Positions 7,049 through 17,248 of a stretch of DNA of 64,000 bases are shown here, piece after piece. Below the pieces are notes generated by a model. That model searched no databases. It was given only the letters and a program-made list of their open reading frames with translations, and was not told the origin of the DNA. The translations under genes were made by a program, and so were the position numbers. Numbering within the stretch: position 1 is the first letter of the stretch; each line of letters starts with the position of its first letter. Source of the DNA: Puniceicoccaceae bacterium (lineage in GTDB: Bacteria; Verrucomicrobiota; Verrucomicrobiia; Opitutales; Oceanipulchritudinaceae); contig JBFOMH010000013.1 in assembly GCA_040830765.1 (NCBI GenBank), forward strand, positions 32,001 through 96,000, given 5' to 3'.

Positions 7049-9613
7049 CTAAAACCGGTAACCCGCGGTCAGCTGCCAGCGACGGCCGGAGCCCTGCAAT
7101 ATTAGCGTGCTGGCGGAAAACACCGGTTCCTGGCCAATCCAATACTCCTTGTCGAAGATGTTTTCGACGTGCAGACGGGCCCACCAGTTGTCGGCATCGT
7201 AACGCAATTGCGCTCCCCAGAGGACATAACCGGGAATGTGCAGCGCATGCTGCATGTCATGGTAGTATCCATCCCGCCAGATGGGTCCGCCGGCCACCTG
7301 CCAGCCCTCAGCAAATTCCCAGGCGGCATAGAGGTGGGCGGAAACTTCCGGCAGCCCGGCAAAAACCATTTCCGGATTATCGGGCGCGGAGCGACCGCCA
7401 GTGGCACTGAGGATGCCCCCGTTCAAGGCCCAGCCCTCCTCGGTTTGCGGAAGAGCCCCAAATCCAAGGACATCGCTGCGCAGGTAAACCCGCTGGGCCG
7501 TAAATGCCCCCAGGACGGTCAATATTTCCACCGGTGACCAGGTCACCTCCACCTCAAGGCCCTTGGCCCGCAGCGGGCGCGCTGAGGCATCACGGGTGGA
7601 AAAGGTCGCCTGGTCCCAATGGTACAGACTGACCGAGGCATAGAGGGTGTCATCGAGCAGGCTGGTCTTGATACCGCCTTCGAACAGCTCCACGTCGGTA
7701 AAGCTATCCGGCCCGGAAACTGTCCCCCCGTCACCCGGGGCAAGCGCCTTGCCCATTTGCAGCGCTCCATAGACGAAAACCCCCGGCATCACCTCCAAAT
7801 GCGGATTCAAGTGAACCTGCCAAAGGAACTCGTCCCCGTCCGCGGCACTGGACTCCCGCTGCGCATCCGAAACCCGGTCGACTTGCGGCGGCAGGGCCAC
7901 ATCGTAGAATGCTTCCTCGACGCGGCCCCCGTAGTAGAGTTTAAACCGGTCACCGGCCTGCAGAACCCCGCTCGTGTAGAGGGCAGCTTGGGTCAGCTCC
8001 GAATCCAAGCTCGCCGTGCCGAAACTGGACCAGGAATTCAGCCCGTCTGGTCCATCCGCCCCGCCTGCCCGGATGAGACTGTTGCCACTGATTGTTTCAC
8101 GGGTCAGGTCACGCCGGGAGAAGGGCTCCGCGTCGAAGTCCTGCAGGACATGGGCATCCGTGTAGCGCAGGTCCAGCCCGACTGAGAAACGGTTCTCCGG
8201 ATTGGCAATGAATCCCTGGTACTCGGTTTTCCCCTGCAGGACCAACTGGTCATGCTTGAAGGCGAATCCGTAGGTGGAAATCTTCTCCGTCTGGAGCCGT
8301 TCCATAAAAAAGCGCGTCACCAGCCGACTGTCGTTATCAAGGCGCGTTTCGAGGTCCGCAAAGGCGATGTAGTCCCGCGAGTCCGCCTTGTCGTCGGGAT
8401 CGGCAAGGACCCGGTTATTTTGTAGTGTATCGGTCAATACACTTCCGCCGGCGGCAAAGTATTCCGGAGTGTAGACATAGGCATCCTGCGCCTGGCGGTC
8501 GACCTGCCCGAGATATTCAACCGCATCATCATATCCCCATGCGGCGAAGCCGGGCACTTCGGAGATCGGCAGCGGGGTCAGCAGATCCTCGACCACGGAG
8601 AGGTCATTGAGGTCATACATTGTATCCAACAAAGCCGGATCGATCCGCTCGCGGGCCACGTTGCCGGGAACGGCCAGCGCGAAGAGTCCCGGGTTGACGG
8701 AAAATGTATAAGGAAAGGCCACCAGTGGACGGACCACTTCACCACCCCATTGGGCGGACGTCAGCAGGGCCGGCTCCCCGATGACGTAGCTGTAGTCCTC
8801 CAGCAGCTCCCGGGTCGGCCGGTTGATGCCCGGAACCTCGCTGCTGCGGAAGTCATAGATCTCCCCACCGACAAAGAGGCGATTCCGCTCCGAAAGCTTC
8901 ATCTTCACCGAAGCGTAGAAGGAGTCAAAGTCATGGGGGACATTCTCATAATAACGGTCGGACCGGTGGTGCGTGTATGAGACCCGGTAAGCCGCCGGTT
9001 TGCCCAGCAGCATCAACGGAGCGCCATAATCCAGGTGCACCTCCCGCTGATCCCACGAGCCGACCTCCAGCTCAATGGATCCCCGGGCCTTGTCAAAGTA
9101 CGGGCTCTTGGGCCGCTGGTTGACCGCTCCCCCGACAAGTGTCGGGCTCATCGAGGCGGGGACCGGGCCCTTGATGATCTCGAGGCCGTCGAGGGCCCCG
9201 AAACTCATCGGCATCTCATTGCGCTGGTAGGCGCGGAGCATGCCGTTGAAGTAAGTACCCGCGCGTGTCCCGCGGAGAAAGGCCGACCCCGCAAGGCCGA
9301 AGTAATTCAGCCGCTGGGTGCCCGCCCCGAAGCGGTCAAGAGACTCATAGGAGTCAATCTGAAGAAGCTCGCGCAGCTCCGGCGACAACACTGTCACGGC
9401 ACGGGGAATCTCCAGCACCGTCTGGTCCTCCCCGAAGAAGGAGTCCAGCCGCATGCTGAGCGGTGAGAGCGTTTCCGGTTGAGTCTGGGCGGTTTCCTCG
9501 ACGATAAACGCCTCTAGCTCATGCACAACATGGCTTTCCTCGTTATCTCCTCGAAGGCTGGTTGCTGCTAACAGCCCCATGGCCCAGACAGGCCATCGTT
9601 TGATCGATTTCAT
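7049..9613 (-). CDS. TonB-dependent receptor
   Basis: Signal peptide, ELEAFIV TonB-box-like segment, plug motifs (IPRAVTVL, LEIIKGP, GGAVNQ), ENIFDKEY and terminal aromatic strand GYRF. Confidence 0.9.
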   Translation of the reverse strand: MKSIKRWPVWAMGLLAATSLRGDNEESHVVHELEAFIVEETAQTQPETLSPLSMRLDSFFGEDQTVLEIPRAVTVLSPELRELLQIDSYESLDRFGAGTQRLNYFGLAGSAFLRGTRAGTYFNGMLRAYQRNEMPMSFGALDGLEIIKGPVPASMSPTLVGGAVNQRPKSPYFDKARGSIELEVGSWDQREVHLDYGAPLMLLGKPAAYRVSYTHHRSDRYYENVPHDFDSFYASVKMKLSERNRLFVGGEIYDFRSSEVPGINRPTRELLEDYSYVIGEPALLTSAQWGGEVVRPLVAFPYTFSVNPGLFALAVPGNVARERIDPALLDTMYDLNDLSVVEDLLTPLPISEVPGFAAWGYDDAVEYLGQVDRQAQDAYVYTPEYFAAGGSVLTDTLQNNRVLADPDDKADSRDYIAFADLETRLDNDSRLVTRFFMERLQTEKISTYGFAFKHDQLVLQGKTEYQGFIANPENRFSVGLDLRYTDAHVLQDFDAEPFSRRDLTRETISGNSLIRAGGADGPDGLNSWSSFGTASLDSELTQAALYTSGVLQAGDRFKLYYGGRVEEAFYDVALPPQVDRVSDAQRESSAADGDEFLWQVHLNPHLEVMPGVFVYGALQMGKALAPGDGGTVSGPDSFTDVELFEGGIKTSLLDDTLYASVSLYHWDQATFSTRDASARPLRAKGLEVEVTWSPVEILTVLGAFTAQRVYLRSDVLGFGALPQTEEGWALNGGILSATGGRSAPDNPEMVFAGLPEVSAHLYAAWEFAEGWQVAGGPIWRDGYYHDMQHALHIPGYVLWGAQLRYDADNWWARLHVENIFDKEYWIGQEPVFSASTLILQGSGRRWQLTAGYRF

Positions 9614-9696
9614 GCAGTTTTCGTTTGAGGATAAGAACACTTCAATGATCAGTGAACCATTGAAGAATCCGCACAGTGGCGAAATCGAAACGGATT

Positions 9697-10725
9697 TCAA
9701 CCAGCTTTTTGGAAAAGATAGTGGGAGACCATCCATTCCTTTCCGTTACGGTAACGGAAGAGCTCGCTGCAGGCCATGTAGAACATCCTCCAGCGCTGGA
9801 TCCAGAGACGGGCGGCCTCCGGTGAGCCATAGGTTTCCTCAAACAGGGGAACCAGTTCCTTTTCCACCGCGTCCTGCTTCTCCAGCCATGCCTCAAGGGT
9901 CTTGCTGTAATGGACCCCGTTAACCCGCCAGTGCTGCTCGATCGTCAGGTCATCCTGGAAACGGAGGAGAAGGTCGTCACTTGGCATCGTTCCTCCGGTG
10001 AAGAAGTAATTGGCCATCCAGTCATCCGGGTCACCGGTATCATCGAAGTGGTAGGCAAAATGACGGTGAGTGAAGATGTGGACGAATAGCTTACCGCCCG
10101 GCTTGAGCCAGGAGTGGATACGCCGGAGCAGCTCCTGGTAGTTCTTCATGTGCTCGAACATTTCCACCGAGACAACCCGGTCAAACGTCCCTTCCGGTTG
10201 AAAGCCATTCATATCGGCCGTGATGACCTCGACGTTGTCCAGTCCCCGCTCGCGAGCCCGTTCGAGAATGAAGGCCCGCTGGGTCCGCGAGTTGGAGACC
10301 GCTGTCACCGTCGCCTCCGGGTAGTGCTGCGCCATCCACAGGGTGAGACTCCCCCACCCGCACCCGAGTTCCAGGATGCGCTGCCCATTAGCCAGGCCGG
10401 CCCGCCGGCAACTGAGCTCCAGCATGGCCGCTTCACTCTCCTCCAAGGTAGTTGAAGTCGACTCCCACCAACCACAGCTGTACTTCAGGCAAGGGCCAAG
10501 GACCTTGAGGAAATACTCCGTCGGCAGTTCGTAGTGCTGCTCATTGGCCTTGTCGGTCTCGATGGCCACCGGGCTTGCTTTCAATTCCTCGACAAAGGCA
10601 TTGATGCTCTCCTCCTTGCCTTCCGCCTGTTCCTTGCGCAGCCGCTCAGCGAGCAGGCGGCGCATGCCGATACGGATCAGAAAATCGGGGAGAAGGCGTT
10701 TGTCGGCTAAGTGTACTAGATTCAT
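9697..10725 (-). CDS. SAM-dependent methyltransferase, cyclopropane fatty acid synthase-like
   Basis: ANEQHYE, LKYSC, ILELGCGWGS, FDRVVSVEMFEH, FFTGG. Confidence 0.9.
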   Translation of the reverse strand: MNLVHLADKRLLPDFLIRIGMRRLLAERLRKEQAEGKEESINAFVEELKASPVAIETDKANEQHYELPTEYFLKVLGPCLKYSCGWWESTSTTLEESEAAMLELSCRRAGLANGQRILELGCGWGSLTLWMAQHYPEATVTAVSNSRTQRAFILERARERGLDNVEVITADMNGFQPEGTFDRVVSVEMFEHMKNYQELLRRIHSWLKPGGKLFVHIFTHRHFAYHFDDTGDPDDWMANYFFTGGTMPSDDLLLRFQDDLTIEQHWRVNGVHYSKTLEAWLEKQDAVEKELVPLFEETYGSPEAARLWIQRWRMFYMACSELFRYRNGKEWMVSHYLFQKAG

Positions 10726-10731
10726 GTGTCG

Positions 10732-12117
10732 TTACTCCGTTTTACGAGAAAGGATTTCCGCCTTGGCCTGTTGGATGGATTCCTGACGCTCCCTGTTGAT
10801 CGGTGTAAGCAGAAAAACAAAACTGGCCAGAATAAACAAACTGCCCACACCGGCACCGAACAACCAGGCAAGGTTGCGGCCGGTCTGCTCGGATTGTTCG
10901 GCAAGGGACTCCTCATAACCGATCAGGTTCAAGAGGATGCCGGAAAGACCAAGGGTAATTGAACGGGCGACCTTTTGACCCATTCGCCAGAATCCGAAGT
11001 AGATCCCCTCGCGGTCCTCCCGGTTGCGGACAAAATCCTCGTCGGCAATATCCGTCAGGAGGGACTCGACGAGGATAACCGCCCCGACGGCAATGCCGCC
11101 TATGATAGCGGCGATGATCGGCCCCTGCACCGAGCCTTGGGGAAAGAGCGGATAGGCGATAACCGTCATGAGCCCGAGGGTCAGCATCCCGCTGAATGCC
11201 GGGAGCTTCTTGCCATATCGGCGCCCGATCCAGACCCAGAAGGGAACGGACAGGACAATGCACAAGGTGAAGATGCTGAGAATGGGTCCCTGGACTGCCG
11301 CCTCAGGGAGTTTCAGGCTGTCCTTGTAATATGGCAGGGCCAGCGTCGAGTTCATCGTCCGGGCCATGGCGGCAATGATGAAGGCGGCAAAGAAAGGCAG
11401 GAAGACCGGATTGGTCAGGATGCGGCTGAGGTTATGGATGAAGTCCTTCCAATGAAAGGTTCCTTCCGGTGCAGGCAGATCAAGGGAGCGTTTCCACGTC
11501 GCCATCACAGTGATTCCCGCTGTCAGGATGACAATCCCTCCCATGAACAGGCTGCCCAGTCCCCGGCTTTGTCCCAGGCCCTCAAGGGTGGCCACGTCAT
11601 TGCCGTTAACCGAGGCCGCCAGCAATGGCGACAGGATGCCGGCAAAGAGCCCCAGCGTCCCGAAGACCAGTCGCCAGCCGTAAAGCTCCGTCCGCTCGTG
11701 GGTGTCCGACGATAAAACCCCGCCCATCGCGATGTGCGGCACACCGATAATGGTCAAGCCGGTATTGACCAGAATGTAGCTGAATAGCAGATACAAAAAG
11801 ATCATCCACTGGCCGTCCCAGCCCGGCGGATTGAAGAGCGCCATCAGGCCCAGTCCGAAAAGCAGTCCACCGGCGGCAAAATAGGGAGCGAACCGGCCGA
11901 AGCGGCTCCGCGTGCGGTCGACAATCCCACCCATGAGCGGATCCGTGATCGCGTCCCAGAGAATGGCCAGGGCGAGTGCGATGCCGGCCAGTGCCGGGGA
12001 CAGTCCGGCCGAGCGGATGTAGAACTCAAGCAGGTATAATTGCAGGAGCAGCTCGCCCCCGGCCAGCCCCAGCTCGGCGGTTCCGTAGCCCGCCTTGATG
12101 CGTTTTGGGAGAGGCAT
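10732..12117 (-). CDS. MFS transporter, GPH/MelB family
   Basis: WDAITDPLMGGIVDRTRSRFGR, ERTEL, DIADED...EGIYFG; many hydrophobic segments. Confidence 0.9.
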   Translation of the reverse strand: MPLPKRIKAGYGTAELGLAGGELLLQLYLLEFYIRSAGLSPALAGIALALAILWDAITDPLMGGIVDRTRSRFGRFAPYFAAGGLLFGLGLMALFNPPGWDGQWMIFLYLLFSYILVNTGLTIIGVPHIAMGGVLSSDTHERTELYGWRLVFGTLGLFAGILSPLLAASVNGNDVATLEGLGQSRGLGSLFMGGIVILTAGITVMATWKRSLDLPAPEGTFHWKDFIHNLSRILTNPVFLPFFAAFIIAAMARTMNSTLALPYYKDSLKLPEAAVQGPILSIFTLCIVLSVPFWVWIGRRYGKKLPAFSGMLTLGLMTVIAYPLFPQGSVQGPIIAAIIGGIAVGAVILVESLLTDIADEDFVRNREDREGIYFGFWRMGQKVARSITLGLSGILLNLIGYEESLAEQSEQTGRNLAWLFGAGVGSLFILASFVFLLTPINRERQESIQQAKAEILSRKTE

Positions 12118-12121
12118 TCGT

Positions 12122-12862
12122 TCAAGCCCTCGGCTTGGGCACGATAGTACCCATGCCCCCATCCATGGAAATCACCTGGCCGGTCATCCATGAAGCATCA
12201 TCGGAGAGCATCCATGCCGCAAGGGAAGAAATTTCGTCGGCTTCCCCCACTCGTCCAAGCGGATGCATCCGCTCGGAAATGCGCAAGGCCTGCTCACTGG
12301 AAGTCAGCATGGAAGTCGCCGGTGTCTTGACCAGACCCGGGGCAATGGCGTTGGCCCGGATACCGTTGGAGGCATAGGTCGCCGCAATGGAACGGACCAG
12401 TCCGGAAACACCTCCCTTGGCCGCGGCGATCGCCTCGTGGTTGGAGAGACCGGCCTGGGCGGCTACCGAACTGAAAAATAACAATGTTCCTTGCCGCTGC
12501 TTGCGCATGTGTCCGATACAGGCCCGGGCGGCGTAGAAGGCCGAATCCAGATTAATACCAATCACCTCCCGCCAATCCTCATCCGAGAGCATGTGCAAAG
12601 GCTTTAGGGAAACATTCCCCACCGCATGGACATAGGCATCCAGCCCGCCCTTTTCATCAACAAAGGATTCAACCGCTTGGGCAACTGCTGCGGAGTCGGT
12701 CGCGTCTGCAGGATAGATGGACAATTCCGGGACAGCACCCTTGAGGGCATCGAGTTTCTCACCCGGACGCCCAAATCCGCCGACAGCATGGCCATCGGAC
12801 AATAGTCGTTTAACCAGGGTTGAACCAATCCCCCCAGCGACACCTCCTAATAATATTCGCAT
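12122..12862 (-). CDS. SDR family oxidoreductase
   Basis: GVAGGIG, FSSVAA, RANAIAPG, WMTGQVISMDGG; atypical IAAAK at the YxxxK position. Confidence 0.9.
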   Translation of the reverse strand: MRILLGGVAGGIGSTLVKRLLSDGHAVGGFGRPGEKLDALKGAVPELSIYPADATDSAAVAQAVESFVDEKGGLDAYVHAVGNVSLKPLHMLSDEDWREVIGINLDSAFYAARACIGHMRKQRQGTLLFFSSVAAQAGLSNHEAIAAAKGGVSGLVRSIAATYASNGIRANAIAPGLVKTPATSMLTSSEQALRISERMHPLGRVGEADEISSLAAWMLSDDASWMTGQVISMDGGMGTIVPKPRA

Positions 12863-13010
12863 GTTGGTATAAAACCACGGGATTAGCCGATTCGCCAGCA
12901 AGGGGCCTGTTTCTGGTCAAAATCAGGGAAGAACGGGGATTTTGTCTGGATTACGGTGCTTCTGCCATTGCCTGTACAGGGAATAATTCCACACTGTGCC
13001 CCTTTGCCTG

Positions 13011-14981
13011 ATGTTGCTGACGGTCAACAACCTCAATCTTGCCTATGGCCCGAAGACCATCTTCCGGGATGCTTCCTGCATGGTGCAGCCTCGGGCGCGG
13101 ACGGGGCTGGTCGGTCCAAACGGCAGCGGCAAAACCACCCTGTTGAAAATCATCAACGGCAGGGGTGAGGCCGACCAAGTCGTCATCGAAACCCGTAATG
13201 ATGTCTGCTTCGGCTACCTGCAACAGGAAGGCATTGTCCTTCAGGACCGGGCCATCATCGATGAGGTGGAGGCGGCCGCCAGCGACGTCCAATCGCTGAA
13301 GGAACACCTTCACCGGACGGAAGTGGAGTTGCAAAAGCTTCCCGAGGACTCGGAGGAATACGCCGAATGCCTCGACCGCTTCAGCCACTATACCACGCAA
13401 CTCCAGGACCTTGAGGCCCACAAGCTGCGGTCCAAGGCGGAAAGCATTCTCTTCGGACTGGGGTTCCGGCAAGCCGACCTTGAACGGCCCTGCGGGGAAT
13501 TCTCCGGTGGCTGGCAGATGCGCATCGCTCTTGCCCGGTTGCTGCTGGAAGAGCCCGACCTGTTGATGCTGGACGAACCGACCAATCACCTCGACCTCGA
13601 TTCACTGCGCTGGTTGGAGAATTTTCTCAAGACCTACGCTGGGGCAGTCCTCCTGATCTCCCACGACCGGGCTCTGCTGGACCAGCTCTGCTCCAGCATC
13701 CTCTCGATTGAAGCCGGCAAGCTGGTACCCTACACCGGCAACTATTCTTCCTTCCTGGAGCAGCGCGTGGAACGTCTGGAGCAGTTGGAGAAGGCCCGCA
13801 AGAGCCAGGACCGGAAGATCGCCCAGACAGAGCGCTTTATTGAGCGCTTCCGCTACAAGGCGACCAAGGCCCGCCAGGTCCAGAGCCGGATCAAGCAATT
13901 GGACAAGATCGAGCGCATCGGGACCGAGCAGTCCGACAAGACCATCCACTTTGAATTCCCTTTATCCCGCAAAAGCGGGCACCAAATCGTGGCCGCGGAG
14001 AACATCGACAAGGCCTACGGGGATATCCGGGTTTTCAAAAACTTCTCTCTTAATATCGAAAAGGGCGACCGCATCGGGGTAGTCGGGCTCAACGGGGCCG
14101 GGAAGTCCACCCTGGCCCGGATCCTTGCCGGTCGCGAGTCCGCAGATGCTGGCGAAGTCACATCGGGTTACCAAGTCGACATTGGCTACTTTGCCCAAGA
14201 CCAGAGTGAGGAGCTGGATACGGAACAAAGCGTCTTCACCGTTGCCTCCGCTCCACCGGTGAAGGCCACCGACACGCATATCCGGTCCATCCTCGGTGCC
14301 TTCCTTTTTACGGAAGACGACATGGCCAAGCCGGTCAGTGTCCTCTCCGGGGGAGAAAAGAACCGTCTCGCGCTGGCCCGGCTCCTTCTCTGCCCCTCGA
14401 ATTTCCTCATCCTCGACGAGCCGACCAACCACCTCGACATGGCCAGCAAGGAGGTCCTGCAGGAGGCATTGCAGACCTTTCCCGGAACAACTTTCGTCGT
14501 CTCCCACGACCGGCACTTCCTTAATCCGGTGGTCAACAAGATACTCGAGATTCAGCCCGGCAGCTACCGCAGTTTTCCCGGGAACCTTGATGACTACATG
14601 TGGAAGATCGATCAAGAGGCGGGACAGGGCGCTAGCGACAAGCGGCTGGCACCTTCCCAAGCGGGCTCATCGCCGAATACCTCCCGCCCTGCTTCCCCTG
14701 AAAATCCCAAGGAGCGTCGCCGCCGCCAGGCACAGCTACAACAGAAGCGGGCCCCATTGAGGAAGAAGTTGCAACAGCTGGAGGCAACCATCGAGTCACT
14801 GGAATCGAACATTGCTTCCCGGGAAACCGAAATGGCGGACAAGGCCTTCTTTGAACAAGGGGAATCCACTGCCAACAAGGTGCGGGAATATGAGGATTGG
14901 AAACGGAAGCTGGCCGTTGCCATGGAGGATTGGGAACAAGCCGCAGCTGAATTGGAATCACTGGAGTCAGAAAACAGGTAA
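13011..14981 (+). CDS. ABC-F family ATP-binding protein
   Basis: Two ABC domains (GPNGSGKT, FSGGW, LDEPTNHLD; GLNGAGKS, LSGGE), no TM segments, C-terminal coiled coil. Confidence 0.95.
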   Translation: MLLTVNNLNLAYGPKTIFRDASCMVQPRARTGLVGPNGSGKTTLLKIINGRGEADQVVIETRNDVCFGYLQQEGIVLQDRAIIDEVEAAASDVQSLKEHLHRTEVELQKLPEDSEEYAECLDRFSHYTTQLQDLEAHKLRSKAESILFGLGFRQADLERPCGEFSGGWQMRIALARLLLEEPDLLMLDEPTNHLDLDSLRWLENFLKTYAGAVLLISHDRALLDQLCSSILSIEAGKLVPYTGNYSSFLEQRVERLEQLEKARKSQDRKIAQTERFIERFRYKATKARQVQSRIKQLDKIERIGTEQSDKTIHFEFPLSRKSGHQIVAAENIDKAYGDIRVFKNFSLNIEKGDRIGVVGLNGAGKSTLARILAGRESADAGEVTSGYQVDIGYFAQDQSEELDTEQSVFTVASAPPVKATDTHIRSILGAFLFTEDDMAKPVSVLSGGEKNRLALARLLLCPSNFLILDEPTNHLDMASKEVLQEALQTFPGTTFVVSHDRHFLNPVVNKILEIQPGSYRSFPGNLDDYMWKIDQEAGQGASDKRLAPSQAGSSPNTSRPASPENPKERRRRQAQLQQKRAPLRKKLQQLEATIESLESNIASRETEMADKAFFEQGESTANKVREYEDWKRKLAVAMEDWEQAAAELESLESENR

Positions 14982-15012
14982 TGCCAAGTATTTGATCGGT
15001 CAGTTTTCCAAA

Positions 15013-15111
15013 GGAGTACAGGCCTCTGGCCTGTACCACCGCCTACAGGCGGGACGCCTGTAGTCCTTTGCACCAGCCCGGCCATAACTGCAGGCGGGAC
15101 GCCTGTAGTCC
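15013..15111. repeat. REP-like palindrome cluster (family B, 3 copies)
   Basis: GGAGTACAGGCCTCTGGCCTGTAC (15013), CTACAGGCGGGACGCCTGTAGTCC (15043), CTGCAGGCGGGACGCCTGTAGTCC (15088). Confidence 0.88.
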
Positions 15112-15178
15112 TTGAGAGAGTATCGGCAAAGGCCCAATTTGGCTTCCCTCCAGCGTAACTTTTGGTTAAGCTGGCCAC

Positions 15179-15871
15179 ATGAGTGTGGAGAAAAGTTCAC
15201 TGGAGCGCTGCCAGTCATTCATTGACAGCAATTTTGTCAAAACCCGGCAGGAGAAGCCGCGCAAGCGCCTTGCCATTACCCTCTCCCGCCAGAAGTTCAG
15301 CAAGAGTCACGCGATTGCCGATCAGTTGATGCCCCTCCTGCAGCGGGACAAGATCCTCGGCACGGACCACTGGGCCCTCTTCGACCGGGATCTTGTCCAT
15401 CGGATCCTTGAGGACCATAACCTTCCCGAAACCATTGCCCGCTACATGCCGGAAGACCGGGACCACGACGTGACCGGGCTCATCAACGAGATCCTCGGTC
15501 TCCATCCCTCTTCATGGAAGCTCTTCCACTATACCTGCGACACCATCCACAAGCTGGCCTCAGTGGGCAATGTCATCGTCATTGGCCGCGGCTCCCACAT
15601 TATTACCCGGTCCATGCCGCATGTCCTCAAGGTACGGATAATTTGTCCCCTCGAGAAACGTGTCGAACGGGCAGCCCGTCTCCTCGACCTGACACTCGAG
15701 GAGGCGCAGAAGATCGTGAAACAGGACGATGCTGCCCGGACCGCCTTTGTCCGTTCCCACTTTGATGAGGATATCGCCGATCCCCTCGCCTACGATCTGA
15801 CTATCAACACGGAACACCTGTCGGTGGAGGACGGGGCCTACATCCTGCTCCAAGCGCTTCGGGATCACTGA
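15179..15871 (+). CDS. Cytidylate kinase-like family protein
   Basis: ITLSRQ, NVIVIGRGS, LKVRIICP..RVER, YDLTINT; P-loop degenerate. Confidence 0.8.
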   Translation: MSVEKSSLERCQSFIDSNFVKTRQEKPRKRLAITLSRQKFSKSHAIADQLMPLLQRDKILGTDHWALFDRDLVHRILEDHNLPETIARYMPEDRDHDVTGLINEILGLHPSSWKLFHYTCDTIHKLASVGNVIVIGRGSHIITRSMPHVLKVRIICPLEKRVERAARLLDLTLEEAQKIVKQDDAARTAFVRSHFDEDIADPLAYDLTINTEHLSVEDGAYILLQALRDH

Positions 15872-15907
15872 GTTGACAAATGATGGCTTCCAGCCGTCCT
15901 TTAGACC

Positions 15908-16225
15908 ATGCCGACCGTCCCCCCGCCCGAGTCCATTGAACTGATAGGAACCATGGTGGCCATCCGCTGGCCGGATGGACGCGAGGACTTCTATCCCATG
16001 GAGCGGCTCCGCGCCCTCTCCCCCAGCGCCGACAACATCGGCGAGCCGGATATCTTCGGCAACATCCATGGAGCCGATCCGCGGACCGAGTTTCCCGGCG
16101 TCACCGTCAACGACTACGAAATTGTCGGCCGCTATGCCGTCCGCTTCATCTTCAGCGATGGCCACCAGACCGGCTTGTTCTCCTTCCCCTATCTGCTTAA
16201 GATTGGGGATGAGATGGCGGACTAA
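15908..16225 (+). CDS. DUF971 / GBBH N-terminal-like domain protein
   Basis: IRWPDG, LRALSPSA, VGRYAVRFIFSDGHQTGLFSFPYL. Confidence 0.85.
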   Translation: MPTVPPPESIELIGTMVAIRWPDGREDFYPMERLRALSPSADNIGEPDIFGNIHGADPRTEFPGVTVNDYEIVGRYAVRFIFSDGHQTGLFSFPYLLKIGDEMAD

Positions 16226-16289
16226 GGACGAAAGACCCATGACAGAGGACAATTTTCGCCCTTCGTCCAGAGTCTTTCGTCCTTAGTCC
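16219..16289. repeat. Palindrome built from 5+5 heptamer repeats, spanning two convergent stop codons
   Basis: GGACTAA GGACGAA AGACCCA TGACAGA GGACAAT T TTCGCCC TTCGTCC AGAGTCT TTCGTCC TTAGTCC. Confidence 0.8.
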
Positions 16290-17248
16290 ACTCGCATCTG
16301 CCGTTCCTCGAGGAACGGTTCCGGATCGGAGGCAAAGTGCCCGGGGGATACTTCCGTCATTTCCGCGCGGGCGCGCTCACCGGCACCCAGCATGAAGAGC
16401 GGTGACGGCGGATCCCCTTCAAGGACAATGCGCTTGCGGGAGCGTTCGACATCAGGATCGGGGACGGGAATGGCGCTGATCAGCGCCTTGGTGTACGGAT
16501 GGTACGGATTGTCCATGATCTCGGTGGCCTCGCCCAGCTCAACCAGGCGTCCGAGGTACATGACCGCGATGCGGTCGGAGATGTATTTCACCACGGAGAG
16601 GTCATGGGAAATGAAAATCATCGTCAGGCCCATCTCCGCAGTCAGCTTCTTGAGCAGGTTGAGGATCTGCGACTGGATGGAGACGTCGAGGGCGGAGACC
16701 GGTTCGTCGGCAATGACCAGCTTTGGTTCCGGCGCGAGGGCCCGGGCAATGGCGATGCGCTGGCGCTGGCCACCGGAGAACTCGTGCGGGTACTTCTTCA
16801 TCTGGGCCGGGTTGAGGCCGACGGTCCTCATCAGGACCCCGACCGCATCCGCCAGTTTGGATCCCTTGAAATCATGCCGCGTGCGGATGGCCTCGGAAAG
16901 GGTGTCATAGACCGTCAGGCGCGGATTCAGGGAAGCGTACGGATCCTGGAAAATCATCTGGAAGTTGAGCCGCTCCTGGCGCACCGCTTCCTGCGAAAGA
17001 CTGGTCAGTTCCTTCCCCTCAAGGGTGATGCGCCCCTCGGTGGCAGGCTGGAGCTGCATGATGGTCCGGGAAAGCGTGGTCTTCCCACAACCCGACTCGC
17101 CCACCAATCCAAGGATTTCCCCTTTCCGCAGGGAAAGGCTGATCCCGTCTACCGCCCGGACATGCCCGATGGTGTGCTTCCGGATAACGCCCTTGGTGAT
17201 CGGGAACCAGGTCTTGACCCCTTCCATGTTCAGGAAATCCTCAGCCAT
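16283..17248 (-). CDS. oppF: Oligopeptide ABC transporter ATP-binding protein
   Basis: GESGCGKT, FQDPYASLNP, YPHEFSGGQRQR, DEPVSALD, HPYTKAL. Confidence 0.93.
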   Translation of the reverse strand: MAEDFLNMEGVKTWFPITKGVIRKHTIGHVRAVDGISLSLRKGEILGLVGESGCGKTTLSRTIMQLQPATEGRITLEGKELTSLSQEAVRQERLNFQMIFQDPYASLNPRLTVYDTLSEAIRTRHDFKGSKLADAVGVLMRTVGLNPAQMKKYPHEFSGGQRQRIAIARALAPEPKLVIADEPVSALDVSIQSQILNLLKKLTAEMGLTMIFISHDLSVVKYISDRIAVMYLGRLVELGEATEIMDNPYHPYTKALISAIPVPDPDVERSRKRIVLEGDPPSPLFMLGAGERARAEMTEVSPGHFASDPEPFLEERQMRVD

